Part shown: positions 41,577-52,529 of the stretch, one piece after another | Numbering within the stretch: position 1 is the first letter of the stretch | Layout: every line of letters begins with the position of its first letter | IMG/VR virus record: IMGVR_UViG_3300008267_000025 | Span: 13,674-77,673 of that record | From: a virus | Length of the DNA: 64,000 nt | Reading direction: 5' to 3' (one strand) | Notes under the pieces: model-generated | Told to the model about the DNA's origin: nothing | Seen by the model: the letters and a program-made list of their open reading frames with translations, nothing else | The model's database searches: none | Position numbers and translations under genes: made by a program

Positions 41577-42728
41577 TTATAATTTTGATAACGAGAACTG
41601 AAGTAACGCGATATAATCATAACCATTATTTTGTCCTATAGATACAAGTCTACCTTTACTTATAAAATCGGTTGTACTTTCCGCTGAAACATCATAACCC
41701 ATTTCAGATGAAGGTAAAAAATCACCAAATGAAATATTATTAATAAATAATTCATCATTTATTATTTTACCTTTACACTTAATAGAACCATTTAATCCTG
41801 ACTTACCATATGAAGGTAAAATACCCTTTTCAATATAACCTTTTTCGTCTATTAATTTAGTTGATACTGCCGCTATTGATGACTTACCTGAATTAATATA
41901 AACCGCCGGTAATTTTTCACCACCATACTGAGTTAAATCAATAAACGATTCAATATCCGATTTTGTAATAGAATTACGGTTATTTATTTTATCTTGTTCA
42001 TTTGGTGTTTTGATATAATCAATAACTATTGATATTTTTTTATAATCAAAACCTCTTTTAGAACTATCACCGTAATGATTTATTGTTTTATATTTAATTT
42101 TTTCTGATATATCGAGACCTAAAGAATTATTAATTTCTGTAATAATCATTTTACCAATCACTTTAGCTCTATTTTCTGCCAAATATTGGTTCATTTGTTT
42201 TTTATCTTTAATACCTCCATAAGGGGTTGAATCTCCAACTAAATTATGGTCTAATGATGAAAATCCTTTAGGTATATCTAACGTTGGTGTTGCCGAATCA
42301 GCTTCACCTGTTATAGTAATTTCCTTAATATCATCTAAATTTTTATTGGATAAAAAAATTATTAATTTATCGATAAATTCTTGATATTTTTTTTTGGCTT
42401 CCGGAAAATTACTAAATTTAGGTGATATCATATTGTCAGGATATGGGAATCCATTTTTAGATAATGTTAATTCTGGTAAGACGTTGTTTTCTTTTTTAAT
42501 TACTTGGGTAAGTCTAATTGCCGTTGTTTTACTAGTTAAAGTATATTTTTGACCGTTATACCCAACATTTTCAGCGTAACGACCATATGGATTACTAAAA
42601 TCAACATCACCTTTATTATTACCTTTCCAATTTGGAGATTCATATTTTTGTTCACTAATTACAACACCTCGTTTATGTGATGTTAGATATAACATTCTCC
42701 CAATTTCTTCATTAATGATATTTTTCAT
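41577..42728 (-). CDS. Leader-bearing protein with possible OmpA-like peptidoglycan-binding domain
   Basis: ITITGEADS...NQYLAENRAK; leader KRGVVISEQ. Confidence 0.55.
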   Translation of the reverse strand: MKNIINEEIGRMLYLTSHKRGVVISEQKYESPNWKGNNKGDVDFSNPYGRYAENVGYNGQKYTLTSKTTAIRLTQVIKKENNVLPELTLSKNGFPYPDNMISPKFSNFPEAKKKYQEFIDKLIIFLSNKNLDDIKEITITGEADSATPTLDIPKGFSSLDHNLVGDSTPYGGIKDKKQMNQYLAENRAKVIGKMIITEINNSLGLDISEKIKYKTINHYGDSSKRGFDYKKISIVIDYIKTPNEQDKINNRNSITKSDIESFIDLTQYGGEKLPAVYINSGKSSIAAVSTKLIDEKGYIEKGILPSYGKSGLNGSIKCKGKIINDELFINNISFGDFLPSSEMGYDVSAESTTDFISKGRLVSIGQNNGYDYIALLQFSLSKL

Positions 42729-42769
42729 ATTCAATTTTTTTGTTATTTATAAATATATTGATATTAAAT

Positions 42770-42830
42770 AAAAAAGGGGACAGTAGCGAACCTCCCCTCT
42801 TCTTGTTACCGAAACGGTAACGGTCCTAAT
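42770..42830 (-). ncRNA. Structured intergenic element/terminator with pseudoknot potential
   Basis: GTTACCG/CGGTAAC hairpin plus AGGGGA/TCCCCT terminator with 12-nt loop. Confidence 0.45.
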
Positions 42831-42838
42831 TGGATATC

Positions 42839-43363
42839 TTATTTACCTTTTAATAGGTTTAAACATTGTTTTAAATATTCTTTAGCTCTTGGTGATGGAG
42901 TAAATTCATCATCTTGAGTTTGAATATTCAATATTTTCTCAATATCTTTAACTAATTCAGTGCCATGTTCATTTTCTTTATACAGGTCAATTATTTTGTC
43001 CATGGCTTTATGACAATTACCGGTTGTTTCATCAAAATAATTTTTATTTCTAAATTTATTAAGATGGTTTAACATTTCATATGATAAATGGTTACCACCA
43101 TCAGAAATTGATTTAAACAATCTTAAATTATTTAGTATACCTAAAGTATCAACTAATGAATTAACACCTGATTTTCTTTTAGTAACACCGTTAGAATACT
43201 GATAAAATTCACCGGCTTTACCAACTAAATCATCTAACCCAACGGTATTTGTTGTTAAACATCTTTGTTTTTCACCTTCACTTGGTTTAGGTGATGATTG
43301 TTCAAGTAAATATTCCCTAATTTTCTTACGAAGTTTTTCTTCGTTAATAATATATTTTTTCAT
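42839..43363 (-). CDS. Hypothetical protein with leader
   Basis: MKKYIINEEKLRKKIREYLLEQ. Confidence 0.7.
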   Translation of the reverse strand: MKKYIINEEKLRKKIREYLLEQSSPKPSEGEKQRCLTTNTVGLDDLVGKAGEFYQYSNGVTKRKSGVNSLVDTLGILNNLRLFKSISDGGNHLSYEMLNHLNKFRNKNYFDETTGNCHKAMDKIIDLYKENEHGTELVKDIEKILNIQTQDDEFTPSPRAKEYLKQCLNLLKGK

Positions 43364-43414
43364 TTGTAAGATATATTTTATTTTATAAATATAACTATAT
43401 TCACAAATATGAAG

Positions 43415-43609
43415 TTAATTTTCATTTTCGGTATTATATAAATGTTTTGTATTTAATAACCAAATATCAAAAATTAATAAATAAATCCACCAAGTTAATA
43501 TATCTAAACTATGTGTTAATGGATAAAAATGTGTTAAATATAAAAGTGTTAGTACTTTATATATTAGGTATAAATGCCAAATCAAACTTATAAATTTCAG
43601 TATTCTCAT
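43415..43609 (-). CDS. Small membrane protein
   Basis: Two hydrophobic segments; TATTTG upstream. Confidence 0.55.
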   Translation of the reverse strand: MRILKFISLIWHLYLIYKVLTLLYLTHFYPLTHSLDILTWWIYLLIFDIWLLNTKHLYNTENEN

Positions 43610-43648
43610 AACACAAATATAAGATATTTATATTATAAAATCATAACA

Positions 43649-44635
43649 ATGGATATAAAAAAAATAATTGAGAACGCTATATTAGAATCTAAAAAAGATG
43701 ATAGATGTACAAGACTAGCAAAACAAAAATATGATGTTTGGCCATCGGCATATGCTTCAGGTGCAGTTGTTAAATGCCGTAAAGGTAAAATTTGGAAAAA
43801 AAAGAAGAAACTTGATGAAACTAAAAAAACTGACTTATCTAAAGAAAATGAAGAAGGGTTACATGGTTGGTTTTCAAGACAAGGTGCTAAAGGTAAAACA
43901 AAAGGTTGGGTTGACTGTAATACATGTAGAACTGATAAGGATGGTAAAAAAAATTGTAAACCTTGTGGTAGAAGTGAAGGTGAAGATAGGAAAAAATATC
44001 CGGCATGTAGACCAACACCATCCGCATGTAAAACTGAAGGTAAAGGTGATAAATGGGGTAAAAAAATGAAAATGGAAAGTATTGATGGGTTACAAGTATC
44101 TGAAGAATTACAATATCATATTGATAATAATATTTCATTAAATGAAAATATTTTCAGACCTGGTTCTAAAAAGTTTTTTGATTTAATTAACGAGGTTAGA
44201 ACACTATATAATAATGATTTAATATCACTAAACGAAGATGACACTTGGATTGTTGAATCTGATTTAGGAAGAATTGTTATTTTAGAAAATGGTGAAAAAG
44301 TTATGTTAGACTTACCTTACGAATTAAAAGAAAATATTAATGAATCAGAATATAAAGGTAAGAATGTTAAGTTAAACACTCCAATGAGGGGTGGAGCTAA
44401 AAAATATTATGTTTATGTTAAAAACCCAAGTACCGGAAATGTGAAAAAAATTAGTTTTGGTGATAAACACGGTGGGTTAACCGCTAAAGTTTCTAACCCT
44501 GAAGCTAGAAAGTCTTTCGCGGCTAGACATAATTGTAAAGATAAAAAAGATAAAACAAAAGCCGGATATTGGGCTTGTAGATTACCAAGATTCTCTAACT
44601 TATGGGGACGAGTAATCTCTAACTCATATTGGTAA
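43649..44635 (+). CDS. Basic, Cys-rich modular phage protein
   Basis: KYDVWPSAYASG, GWVDCN..CGR..YPACRP, ARKSFAARHNC..AGYWAC; modules separated by LxE motifs. Confidence 0.7.
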   Translation: MDIKKIIENAILESKKDDRCTRLAKQKYDVWPSAYASGAVVKCRKGKIWKKKKKLDETKKTDLSKENEEGLHGWFSRQGAKGKTKGWVDCNTCRTDKDGKKNCKPCGRSEGEDRKKYPACRPTPSACKTEGKGDKWGKKMKMESIDGLQVSEELQYHIDNNISLNENIFRPGSKKFFDLINEVRTLYNNDLISLNEDDTWIVESDLGRIVILENGEKVMLDLPYELKENINESEYKGKNVKLNTPMRGGAKKYYVYVKNPSTGNVKKISFGDKHGGLTAKVSNPEARKSFAARHNCKDKKDKTKAGYWACRLPRFSNLWGRVISNSYW

Positions 44636-44650
44636 AATTAAAGAAATATT

Positions 44651-44923
44651 ATGGAAAAGAAATTACCATTTGATGAACACACATTAGATAATAGAAAAAT
44701 CAGAATTTTCAATGAAAATATCGATTCTGAAGAACTTAAATGGCATAGAGATAGAGAAGAACGTTTAATCGAAGTTATTTCGGGAAATGGTTGGAAATTA
44801 CAATTAGATAATGAATTACCAAAAGAGTTAACCCCCGGTGAAAAATATATTATTCCTGAAGGTGTTTATCATAGAGTTATTAAAGGTAATACTAATTTAA
44901 AAATTGTAGTAACTTTTCTATAA
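44651..44923 (+). CDS. Cupin-like small protein
   Basis: WHRDREER...IPEGVYHRVIKG. Confidence 0.7.
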   Translation: MEKKLPFDEHTLDNRKIRIFNENIDSEELKWHRDREERLIEVISGNGWKLQLDNELPKELTPGEKYIIPEGVYHRVIKGNTNLKIVVTFL

Positions 44924-45009
44924 AAAAAACATTAAAAAATTATGGTATTTAATTGAAGCCATGTATAATTTACAATACATGGCTTTTGTTATTTTAATAA
45001 TTAAAATTT

Positions 45010-46035
45010 TCATTTAGTATATCGTTTTAACGCATTTTCTGAAATGAATACAGTTCTACTTTCTTTAAACTCTTCCAAAGTTTTTGAGTTAGTATATGAC
45101 ATTGCCGATTTTAAATAGTCAGAAAAATTCTCAATCCAAGAATCTAATTTATATTCTATCTTATTCGTCTTAGTAATACCTTCTGATGTTGTTATTTTTG
45201 TTTTACCCCATTTTCTTTGTACGTCTTTAGTTGACATACCTCTGAATTTTTTAGTCATATACTTTCGTAAAAATGGGTAATTATTCCAAATTTTATTAGA
45301 CATCTCATGACTAATCGGAATTATTTTAAATAAATTTGTTTTACTACAAGATTCCAATGATTTGTTTAATGTACCACCTAACATAATATAATCAGCACCT
45401 AAAGCAAGTGCTTTTATAATATCATCATAATTTTTAAAACCACCATCGGCAACTATTTTGGTTTTATAACCACCTAGTTTTTTTATCTCATAACATTCAC
45501 TGATTAAAGACGCCATTGGATAATGTATTCCGGTGTGAACTGAAGTTAAACAACCTGAACCACCACCAATACCGGTTCTTACATAATCAACACCAATCTG
45601 ACAGAACTTTTCAAATGTTTTGGGATTTGCGATATTACCAACCATTAATTTATGGTTTTCGTTTTTTAAATTAACAAATTTTTCACATAAATTATGTAAT
45701 TTTTCCATATGACCATTTGCAACATCGACCAATATATTGATATCATCATCAATAATATTATCCTCATACCAACCGACAAAAACTTCGAATTCATCTAATG
45801 ATAGTGAATTGAAATTATCTTTATTGTCGTGATTAACTCCTCTTGGTAAACAAACTAACAAATTTTGTTTAATGAATACATCACAATTATCTTCATCGAC
45901 TACAGTATCCATAGGTGATACAATAATCGGTAACTTATTTTCTTCTGTGAAAATATTAACCTCATTTCTTGAGTTAATTGAAGATATTATTTCTGGTACT
46001 ATTGTTATGTCTTTAAAATCAAATTTTTGATTCAT
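45010..46035 (-). CDS. GMP reductase / IMPDH-family oxidoreductase
   Basis: SPMDTV, DVANGH, GIGGGSGCLT, VADGG, FRGMS, SEG, LKSAMSY. Confidence 0.88.
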   Translation of the reverse strand: MNQKFDFKDITIVPEIISSINSRNEVNIFTEENKLPIIVSPMDTVVDEDNCDVFIKQNLLVCLPRGVNHDNKDNFNSLSLDEFEVFVGWYEDNIIDDDINILVDVANGHMEKLHNLCEKFVNLKNENHKLMVGNIANPKTFEKFCQIGVDYVRTGIGGGSGCLTSVHTGIHYPMASLISECYEIKKLGGYKTKIVADGGFKNYDDIIKALALGADYIMLGGTLNKSLESCSKTNLFKIIPISHEMSNKIWNNYPFLRKYMTKKFRGMSTKDVQRKWGKTKITTSEGITKTNKIEYKLDSWIENFSDYLKSAMSYTNSKTLEEFKESRTVFISENALKRYTK

Positions 46036-46183
46036 GTTCTTCAGATTCTTTAAATTTTAAAATTTGTTGTTTAACTAATTGTAAAGTGGCATATGCCACC
46101 ATTTCAGCACCTTGAATATTTTCATCAGGGAACTTATCAAGTTCTTCTTCAATCCAAGTTAGGATTTTACTGTAACACTTCAT
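46019..46183 (-). CDS. Small hypothetical protein, 54 aa (not in ORF track)
   Basis: MKCYSKILTWIEEELDKFPDENIQGAEMVAYATLQLVKQQILKFKESEEHESKI; bridges the neighbouring genes. Confidence 0.5.
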   Translation of the reverse strand: MKCYSKILTWIEEELDKFPDENIQGAEMVAYATLQLVKQQILKFKESEEHESKI

Positions 46184-46580
46184 TACCTTCGATTAATGTA
46201 TTAACTTTATTTTTAACTCTTTCACTAATTGGGATAGGATTACCATCCTCATCAATTCTAACGAAAGTTATGTTGGTTTTCAATACCAAATTTTGTTTTC
46301 CTGTATAAACATTATGTGCTCTAGCCTCCATATAAATTGTTATCGATGTATTACCGATTTTAGATGGAAAACCATATATTTTTAATAATTGGTTCTCTTT
46401 GGCCGGTTTTTCAAAGTTACATTTGTCAATTGAGACTGTTACCATTCTTGGTGTGTCACATAATTGCATAGAGTATCCCGCAGCCGCAGAATCAATCCAT
46501 TTTAATAGTGAACCACCGAAAAGATTTCCGTGAAATCCTAAATCAGATTTTTTAATTGGGTGACTAGATATTAATTCCAT
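46167..46580 (-). CDS. Acyl-CoA thioesterase (hotdog fold, YciA-like)
   Basis: HGNLFGGSLLKWID, VTVSID..F..P, GNTSI, FVRIDEDG.P. Confidence 0.9.
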   Translation of the reverse strand: MELISSHPIKKSDLGFHGNLFGGSLLKWIDSAAAGYSMQLCDTPRMVTVSIDKCNFEKPAKENQLLKIYGFPSKIGNTSITIYMEARAHNVYTGKQNLVLKTNITFVRIDEDGNPIPISERVKNKVNTLIEGNEVLQ

Positions 46581-46638
46581 TTTTTTATGATAAATTTATT
46601 AATTATTTTTGTATTTATAATTATATAAAAAGTAAAAT

Positions 46639-47247
46639 ATGCTTAACGAATTAAATAAAAATAACCATATTAGTGAAGGTAAAATAAATAGACTAGCTAT
46701 TAGAACAATTATATTTGATATAGTTAAGTTAATTAAAAATTCATCTGAAGGTAATATTCATTTACCGGATAATAATGATTTAGATTCTGTTTATGAATTC
46801 ACAAACACTAATTTAACTTTTCCTATTGAATTAGAATTAAATACTAATGAATTAGTTGGTGGGTTTTATGTTGATGGTGATTATAGTTCGGATGATGATA
46901 CTATAACATTGGTTATTGAGTATAACCCAAAAACAATCGGAAAACAATTATATGATTTAATTGGTGAGTTAAATGAAGTCTTAGCTCATGAAATGGAACA
47001 TTTAAATCAAGAATATCGTGGTGATTTTGAATTAGGGAATGAACCACCTAAAAATCCTTTAAAGTATTATACTCAAAAACATGAAATCCCCGCACAATAT
47101 AAAGGATTTAAACGTTTATCAAAACTGAGAAAATTACCATTAGAGGTGGTTGTTAGAGATTGGTTCGATACTCATAAAGAAATACATCAATTAAAACCTA
47201 AAGATGTTGATGTTGTTATCAACCAAATTTTACAATACAAAAAATAA
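46639..47247 (+). CDS. HEXXH metallopeptidase-like protein
   Basis: LAHEMEHLNQ...YYTQKHEIPA. Confidence 0.65.
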   Translation: MLNELNKNNHISEGKINRLAIRTIIFDIVKLIKNSSEGNIHLPDNNDLDSVYEFTNTNLTFPIELELNTNELVGGFYVDGDYSSDDDTITLVIEYNPKTIGKQLYDLIGELNEVLAHEMEHLNQEYRGDFELGNEPPKNPLKYYTQKHEIPAQYKGFKRLSKLRKLPLEVVVRDWFDTHKEIHQLKPKDVDVVINQILQYKK

Positions 47248-47880
47248 TTATTTATTTTTAAATTTCCTAATCATTGAAAGAATCATTTCTTCCAAAAACG
47301 AACCTGTATAATTAAGTCCCGCAAACACTAAGATACGTTTAATTAGTTCTACAATATCAGTTTCATTTAGATTTAATTCATTAATCAGATTATAGATAAT
47401 AGGTATAATAGGGATTAGTACAGTGAACCCCATAATATTTGCTGTTTTTTTAACACTTACACCTAAGCTTTCAACAAATTCTAAAAAAGAATTTTTAAGA
47501 TTTTCAGCCGTTGATAGACACTCTTTGAACGGTTCAACTAATCCATCTTCTTTTATTTTTTTAATTATTTTTTTTAACGGTTCACTATTATCTTTAATAT
47601 ATTGAAATCCAACACCTGCTAAAATTAAACTAACATTTAAAGGTGTTAGGTCAGGGTATTTACCTTCCAATAATTGGTTTAAAGGTCCCATTAGACCACC
47701 AATAGTAGTACTAAATGTTGCTAATATAGACAAATCAAATTTTATTTGATTTGATGCGTCTTTTACAATTTTTTTCACTAACGAATCATTTTTAGTCACG
47801 ATATCTAATATATCTTTATTAGTAGATTCTATTAAAATCTTTTTTTGTTGTTTTTCAGTTATTAAAATAGTAGTAATCAT
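47248..47880 (-). CDS. Hydrophobic protein with leader
   Basis: ILITEKQ..ILIES; several hydrophobic helices. Confidence 0.65.
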   Translation of the reverse strand: MITTILITEKQQKKILIESTNKDILDIVTKNDSLVKKIVKDASNQIKFDLSILATFSTTIGGLMGPLNQLLEGKYPDLTPLNVSLILAGVGFQYIKDNSEPLKKIIKKIKEDGLVEPFKECLSTAENLKNSFLEFVESLGVSVKKTANIMGFTVLIPIIPIIYNLINELNLNETDIVELIKRILVFAGLNYTGSFLEEMILSMIRKFKNK

Positions 47881-47915
47881 ACATATAAATATATTTATAC
47901 TAAAAATAGTTACTT

Positions 47916-48635
47916 ATGAAAAAGAATAAAAAGATAATTAACCCTAAATTATCAGAAGGTGATAGAGTTATATTGATATATATGGGAAACGAACAACAAC
48001 CGATACATAGTAACCAAAAAGGGACTGTATACGGATTAACTGATTTTGGGGATGAAATAATCTATTATGTTAATTGGGATGATGGTCGTAAATTAAATTT
48101 AATTTCAACGGTTGATAAATGGATTAAAGATGATTCAAATGATTCTGAAATTAATGAACGAATTTTTTTAAAGAAAAAAGATATTACTGAAAATAGTTTA
48201 AAACTTCATGATGAATTATATAATCGTAAAGAAATATTAAAATATTACGATGTTAATAAATTAAGACAATTTTTATCTAATTTAAGAGAAATCAGTGTGG
48301 TTAATATGTTTGAATCAGGTTTCTATTTAGTTTGTGGTAAAGAAAGATTAAAACATGAATTAAAATATAAAAAAGTTAGTTCAAAAAAAGCGTTAAAATA
48401 TATCATAGATAATGCCGAAAGTGTTAAATCATTAATGATAAGAGGTACAATGGAATTACTTAAATCACAAGGTAAAGAAGTAACACCGGAAACAGTTCAA
48501 CGACTAATGTTAAGAAATGCAAATCAAATTGTTATGTTATATATGTTATTACCTATAAAAGATGCAGAACTTGATGACGAAACTGAAGATGAGGACAATT
48601 ATGCTGAAGACAATGATGAAGACGAGAATTATTAA
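47916..48635 (+). CDS. Hypothetical protein
   Basis: SH3-like N-terminus (GDRV..GTV..VNWDDG); NMFESG motif; acidic tail. Confidence 0.65.
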   Translation: MKKNKKIINPKLSEGDRVILIYMGNEQQPIHSNQKGTVYGLTDFGDEIIYYVNWDDGRKLNLISTVDKWIKDDSNDSEINERIFLKKKDITENSLKLHDELYNRKEILKYYDVNKLRQFLSNLREISVVNMFESGFYLVCGKERLKHELKYKKVSSKKALKYIIDNAESVKSLMIRGTMELLKSQGKEVTPETVQRLMLRNANQIVMLYMLLPIKDAELDDETEDEDNYAEDNDEDENY

Positions 48636-48670
48636 TAATAATAAACATATTTATTACTAAACATAAAATT

Positions 48671-49195
48671 ATGAATCAATATTTTTTTAATATAACTAAA
48701 GAAGAAAAAGAAAACATTTTAGATAAACATAAACATCTTTATGATGGGTATGTAACTGAATATGCTAAGGGTAGTAATCACTATCCTCTATATGTACAAG
48801 ACATGGCTAACGATAAAAATGGAATAACCGTTAATAATAAAGGTGATGTTGGTGTTTATCGTAATCAAAAAATTAATGAAATGCGATTTGATGGGAAATC
48901 AACAGGGTTATTTCAAGAAGAAGAATCTGAACTTGGTCCTCCATTAGATATGATTGCCGATAAAGAAGATGATGTTAAACACGGTACTGTTGATTTTGAT
49001 GGTAATATTGAAAATTTTGATTTAGGTGATATTATACCATTTAGTGATGGTGAAGAAGATGAAGTAATTATCGATTTACGACATGATGACATGGACGAAA
49101 ATGACTTTGAATTAGATGTTGAGAACCCTATTGAAGTATTATCTAAGATTCAAGAGTCGTTAGATATGTTTAAACGATTTAAAAAATATAATTAG
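48671..49195 (+). CDS. Acidic hypothetical protein
   Basis: ITKEEKENILDKH leader; TATTTAT upstream. Confidence 0.65.
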   Translation: MNQYFFNITKEEKENILDKHKHLYDGYVTEYAKGSNHYPLYVQDMANDKNGITVNNKGDVGVYRNQKINEMRFDGKSTGLFQEEESELGPPLDMIADKEDDVKHGTVDFDGNIENFDLGDIIPFSDGEEDEVIIDLRHDDMDENDFELDVENPIEVLSKIQESLDMFKRFKKYN

Positions 49196-49224
49196 TTATA
49201 TTTTTTATATAACAAAAAAAAATT

Positions 49225-49539
49225 ATGGAAATTAAAGAATTAATTTCATTTTATATTAACGAATCATTACAAATTTTAGAAGTAACGTTTAGACTTGTTA
49301 ATGATAATGATGATGAAATTAGGACAGACCAAATAGAATTAGATGAGACTAATAATTTCGGGTATGAATTCGTCTCAAATGATAAAATAAATAATGCGTT
49401 CGATGAGGATTATTATGATAACGATTCCGCAATAGATGATGAATTTGAAGAAGAAATTGATGAAGATGAAATTATAATATTTTTAAATGAATATTATACC
49501 GTATACCCTAAAAAATTACCTAAAACAGAACTATTTTAG
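49225..49539 (+). CDS. Acidic hypothetical protein
   Basis: 104 aa ORF. Confidence 0.65.
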   Translation: MEIKELISFYINESLQILEVTFRLVNDNDDEIRTDQIELDETNNFGYEFVSNDKINNAFDEDYYDNDSAIDDEFEEEIDEDEIIIFLNEYYTVYPKKLPKTELF

Positions 49540-49544
49540 TAAAA

Positions 49545-49781
49545 ATGACCGATATTAATAATTTAATTGATTTTTATAGAAGTTTCACATCTAATAAACA
49601 AGATATGAATGAAGAAGGTGAAGGTGAGACTTCATCTGGAAGTGGGGGTGATAAACCTGAATATCCAACAGTAACTAAATGGGAAACTGGTGTAACTAGA
49701 GGACCTGCGAATCAAATAGGATTAACTAAATGGTCGGATATTGTAAAAATAAACAGAGGTAAAGGAAATACTTTAATTTAA
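49545..49781 (+). CDS. Small protein with W..G..RG.AN repeats
   Basis: KWETGVTRGPANQ / KW...INRGKGN. Confidence 0.6.
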   Translation: MTDINNLIDFYRSFTSNKQDMNEEGEGETSSGSGGDKPEYPTVTKWETGVTRGPANQIGLTKWSDIVKINRGKGNTLI

Positions 49782-49785
49782 TAGA

Positions 49786-51276
49786 ATGAAATATATAGGA
49801 ATATCAAATGATGAAAATTATCTTTTTACAGATAAAGGATTTTTCGTTTTAAGTGAATCTGATAATGAAAACTTTAAATTTGTTAAATACGGTGAAAATC
49901 TATTAAACAATCTTGCAACTATTTCAGAATCTAATACTCAATACCTTTTTAAAAAAGGTAAAATAGATAGAGTTGAGTTTATATCTAAACCAAGAAAATT
50001 TTTATCTTCATTATTAGAAGATTTAAAAATTAATATTGATGATAAATTAAATATACTAATCGAATGGGATAAAAAATTCAGTAAAAATATTTTATTGATT
50101 AATGAATCAATTGATGATTCAACGTTAGAAAATAAAATACATGAATCATGGGATGATATTAAAATCATTACTGAAAGTTTATGGGATGATATTAAATCAG
50201 GTGTTAGTTCAACATGGGAAACTATTAAAGACACAACTAAAAATGTTATCTTACCTTTTATTAAACAAGGTGTTTTATCGTTTTTAAGATGGGTTAGACG
50301 AAACTTAAATACTTTTTTTGGTATTATTGCCGATGTGATTTTATCAATGTTTCCGACAGTTGTTGTTATGAGAGCGGTTTGGGGTTTAATAGTATGTTTA
50401 GACTTATATGAAATTGTCACCGGTGATTATGATACGGAAGACCCTGATAGACAACAAATGCCGTTTTTATTTTTAATAACTGACATAATATCTTTATTAT
50501 TTACTGCAGCCGCTGGTAAAACAGCATCTATAGCACTAAAAACCGCAATTAAAACAGGGTCAAGTTCAGGTGTTAAAACTATTTTAACTAAATTATTAGA
50601 AAAACTACCATTTTTAAGTAAGTTTCTTAATGATGCTAAGAAAATTATAACTAAATTATTTGGAGAACGTGCTGGTAAATTTTTAGGTACGATATTTAAT
50701 TCATTTGATAATATAATAACTAAGATAACTAATTGGATTACAACAACATTTAAGATTAATGTGAAATCTATTAGTCAAACAGGTAAAGAAATTATAACTA
50801 AAAAAGGTGTTGCTAAATTATTAACAGGTGGTGCTATCGGTTTTGGAATTGCTAAGTTTTTTGAAGAGGATAAATTAAAAGAAGGTGATACAGGTGATGA
50901 GGTAAAAGAATTACAAAAACGTTTACTTAATGTTAGTCAATCCGGATTAGCACCTGTCGACTTTAAAGGTCCTATAGATGGTATTTATGGTCCTAAAACA
51001 AAATCTGCCGTTAAACAAGTTCAAGATTTATTACGTCAGGATGAGGGTGGTAAAACCATTGTTGCTAATGGGGATGCTGATGTCCAAACTTTAGGTGTAC
51101 TAGGTATTGTACTACAACCATCAGGTGTGTTTAAATATTTAGAACCAATTACTAAACCAACTAAAGAATTATTAGGTAAAGCATTAATTAATATAAATAA
51201 AACATTAACTGATATTTATAATCAAAAGATTAGTGATAAAATAAATACTCAAAAAGTGAAAAGTCAATATGAATAA
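49786..51276 (+). CDS. Putative ejected protein: hydrophobic helices plus peptidoglycan-binding domain
   Basis: LKEGDTGDEVKELQKRL..DGIYGPKTKSAVKQVQ; multiple INE/ITE motifs. Confidence 0.7.
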   Translation: MKYIGISNDENYLFTDKGFFVLSESDNENFKFVKYGENLLNNLATISESNTQYLFKKGKIDRVEFISKPRKFLSSLLEDLKINIDDKLNILIEWDKKFSKNILLINESIDDSTLENKIHESWDDIKIITESLWDDIKSGVSSTWETIKDTTKNVILPFIKQGVLSFLRWVRRNLNTFFGIIADVILSMFPTVVVMRAVWGLIVCLDLYEIVTGDYDTEDPDRQQMPFLFLITDIISLLFTAAAGKTASIALKTAIKTGSSSGVKTILTKLLEKLPFLSKFLNDAKKIITKLFGERAGKFLGTIFNSFDNIITKITNWITTTFKINVKSISQTGKEIITKKGVAKLLTGGAIGFGIAKFFEEDKLKEGDTGDEVKELQKRLLNVSQSGLAPVDFKGPIDGIYGPKTKSAVKQVQDLLRQDEGGKTIVANGDADVQTLGVLGIVLQPSGVFKYLEPITKPTKELLGKALININKTLTDIYNQKISDKINTQKVKSQYE

Positions 51277-52495
51277 AGAAATATTAAATGAAATTAATAG
51301 AATTAAATCTATAATGAATATTAATTTAATTAATGAAAATACTGTTAGTAAATTAATTATTAAGTTATTAAAAGGGGGGATTAAAGCTGACATAGATAAG
51401 TATTTGTTAAACATAGTAGATAATTTTAGTAATAGTGGTGAATTAGATAATTTTCTAAAAAATACAACTAATATTGATAACTTTAAAAATAAAATTGTTG
51501 AATTAATTAAAAAAAATAAGTATTCACTAAATAATGTAGACTTATTATCCATCGGTGCCTTAACCGATGATGAATTAAAACAGTTATTAGGTGGCACTGA
51601 TTTAAAATCTTATACCAACTCATTAATAAAAGATAGAAAAAAATCAATTAGTAAGTTACTAAGTGGTGGTATTGAAGCCGACTTAAAAAGTATAATTAAT
51701 AGTTCATTTAAAAAAATTAAGAATAATGAAGAATTAGAAAATTTTCTAAAAAATACAACCAACATTGAAAATATAAAAAGTGAAATTCTTAAAAAAATAA
51801 AAGATAAAGGTTATTCACTTACCTACGAAGAAATCGCTACAATATCATCATTAAGTGATGATGAATTAAAACAGTTATTAGGGAATGATTTAAAATCTTA
51901 CGTTAAAACAATAAGACCTGATTTAAAACCTAATGTTAAAGACTATATTAGAAACATTTATTCAAATGGTAAAGGAAAATTAACCGGTACAAATATAAAG
52001 GATTTGCTTAAGTTAGGTCTTTTTAAAAAAGACGTAAATGGTAAGTATACTGTATCTAAATTAAAAGTTACCGCTTGGGCAACAGCTTTGGGATATAGTT
52101 TTCTTAAATTAAGTGGTTGGTTTGAAGATAATGGTATTACTGTTACTAATAATGAGACTAAACCAACACCAGATGAAACTCCTGTCAATCCGTCAAAATA
52201 TACTGAGAAATCAGATTTCCCATTTAAAAAGTGGGATAAGAGTAATAAAATAGCCGATGTTCAAGATTGTTTAGGGCTAACTGCCGATGGTAAATTTGGT
52301 AATACAACCGAAGAAATATTAAAATCATTAGGTGTTGGTGATACAATTACTAAAGAATTGTATGACGAAATAATGAAGACTTGTAAAGAAAGACGTGAGT
52401 CTAAAAATAATATCAGACCTGGAACTTCTGAACCTGAAACATCTGAACCCGTAAAAGGTGTTGATTATTCAAGAACATATGGTGATGAATTCTGA
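51269..52495 (+). CDS. Protein with internal ~85 aa duplication and PG-binding-like C-terminal motif
   Basis: Two copies of GGI.AD...FLKNTTNI...DDELKQLLG.DLKSY; VQDCLGLTADGKFG. Confidence 0.7.
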   Translation: MNKEILNEINRIKSIMNINLINENTVSKLIIKLLKGGIKADIDKYLLNIVDNFSNSGELDNFLKNTTNIDNFKNKIVELIKKNKYSLNNVDLLSIGALTDDELKQLLGGTDLKSYTNSLIKDRKKSISKLLSGGIEADLKSIINSSFKKIKNNEELENFLKNTTNIENIKSEILKKIKDKGYSLTYEEIATISSLSDDELKQLLGNDLKSYVKTIRPDLKPNVKDYIRNIYSNGKGKLTGTNIKDLLKLGLFKKDVNGKYTVSKLKVTAWATALGYSFLKLSGWFEDNGITVTNNETKPTPDETPVNPSKYTEKSDFPFKKWDKSNKIADVQDCLGLTADGKFGNTTEEILKSLGVGDTITKELYDEIMKTCKERRESKNNIRPGTSEPETSEPVKGVDYSRTYGDEF

Positions 52496-52529
52496 TAAAT
52501 TTTAAAGTATTTATAATAGATAAAAGACG

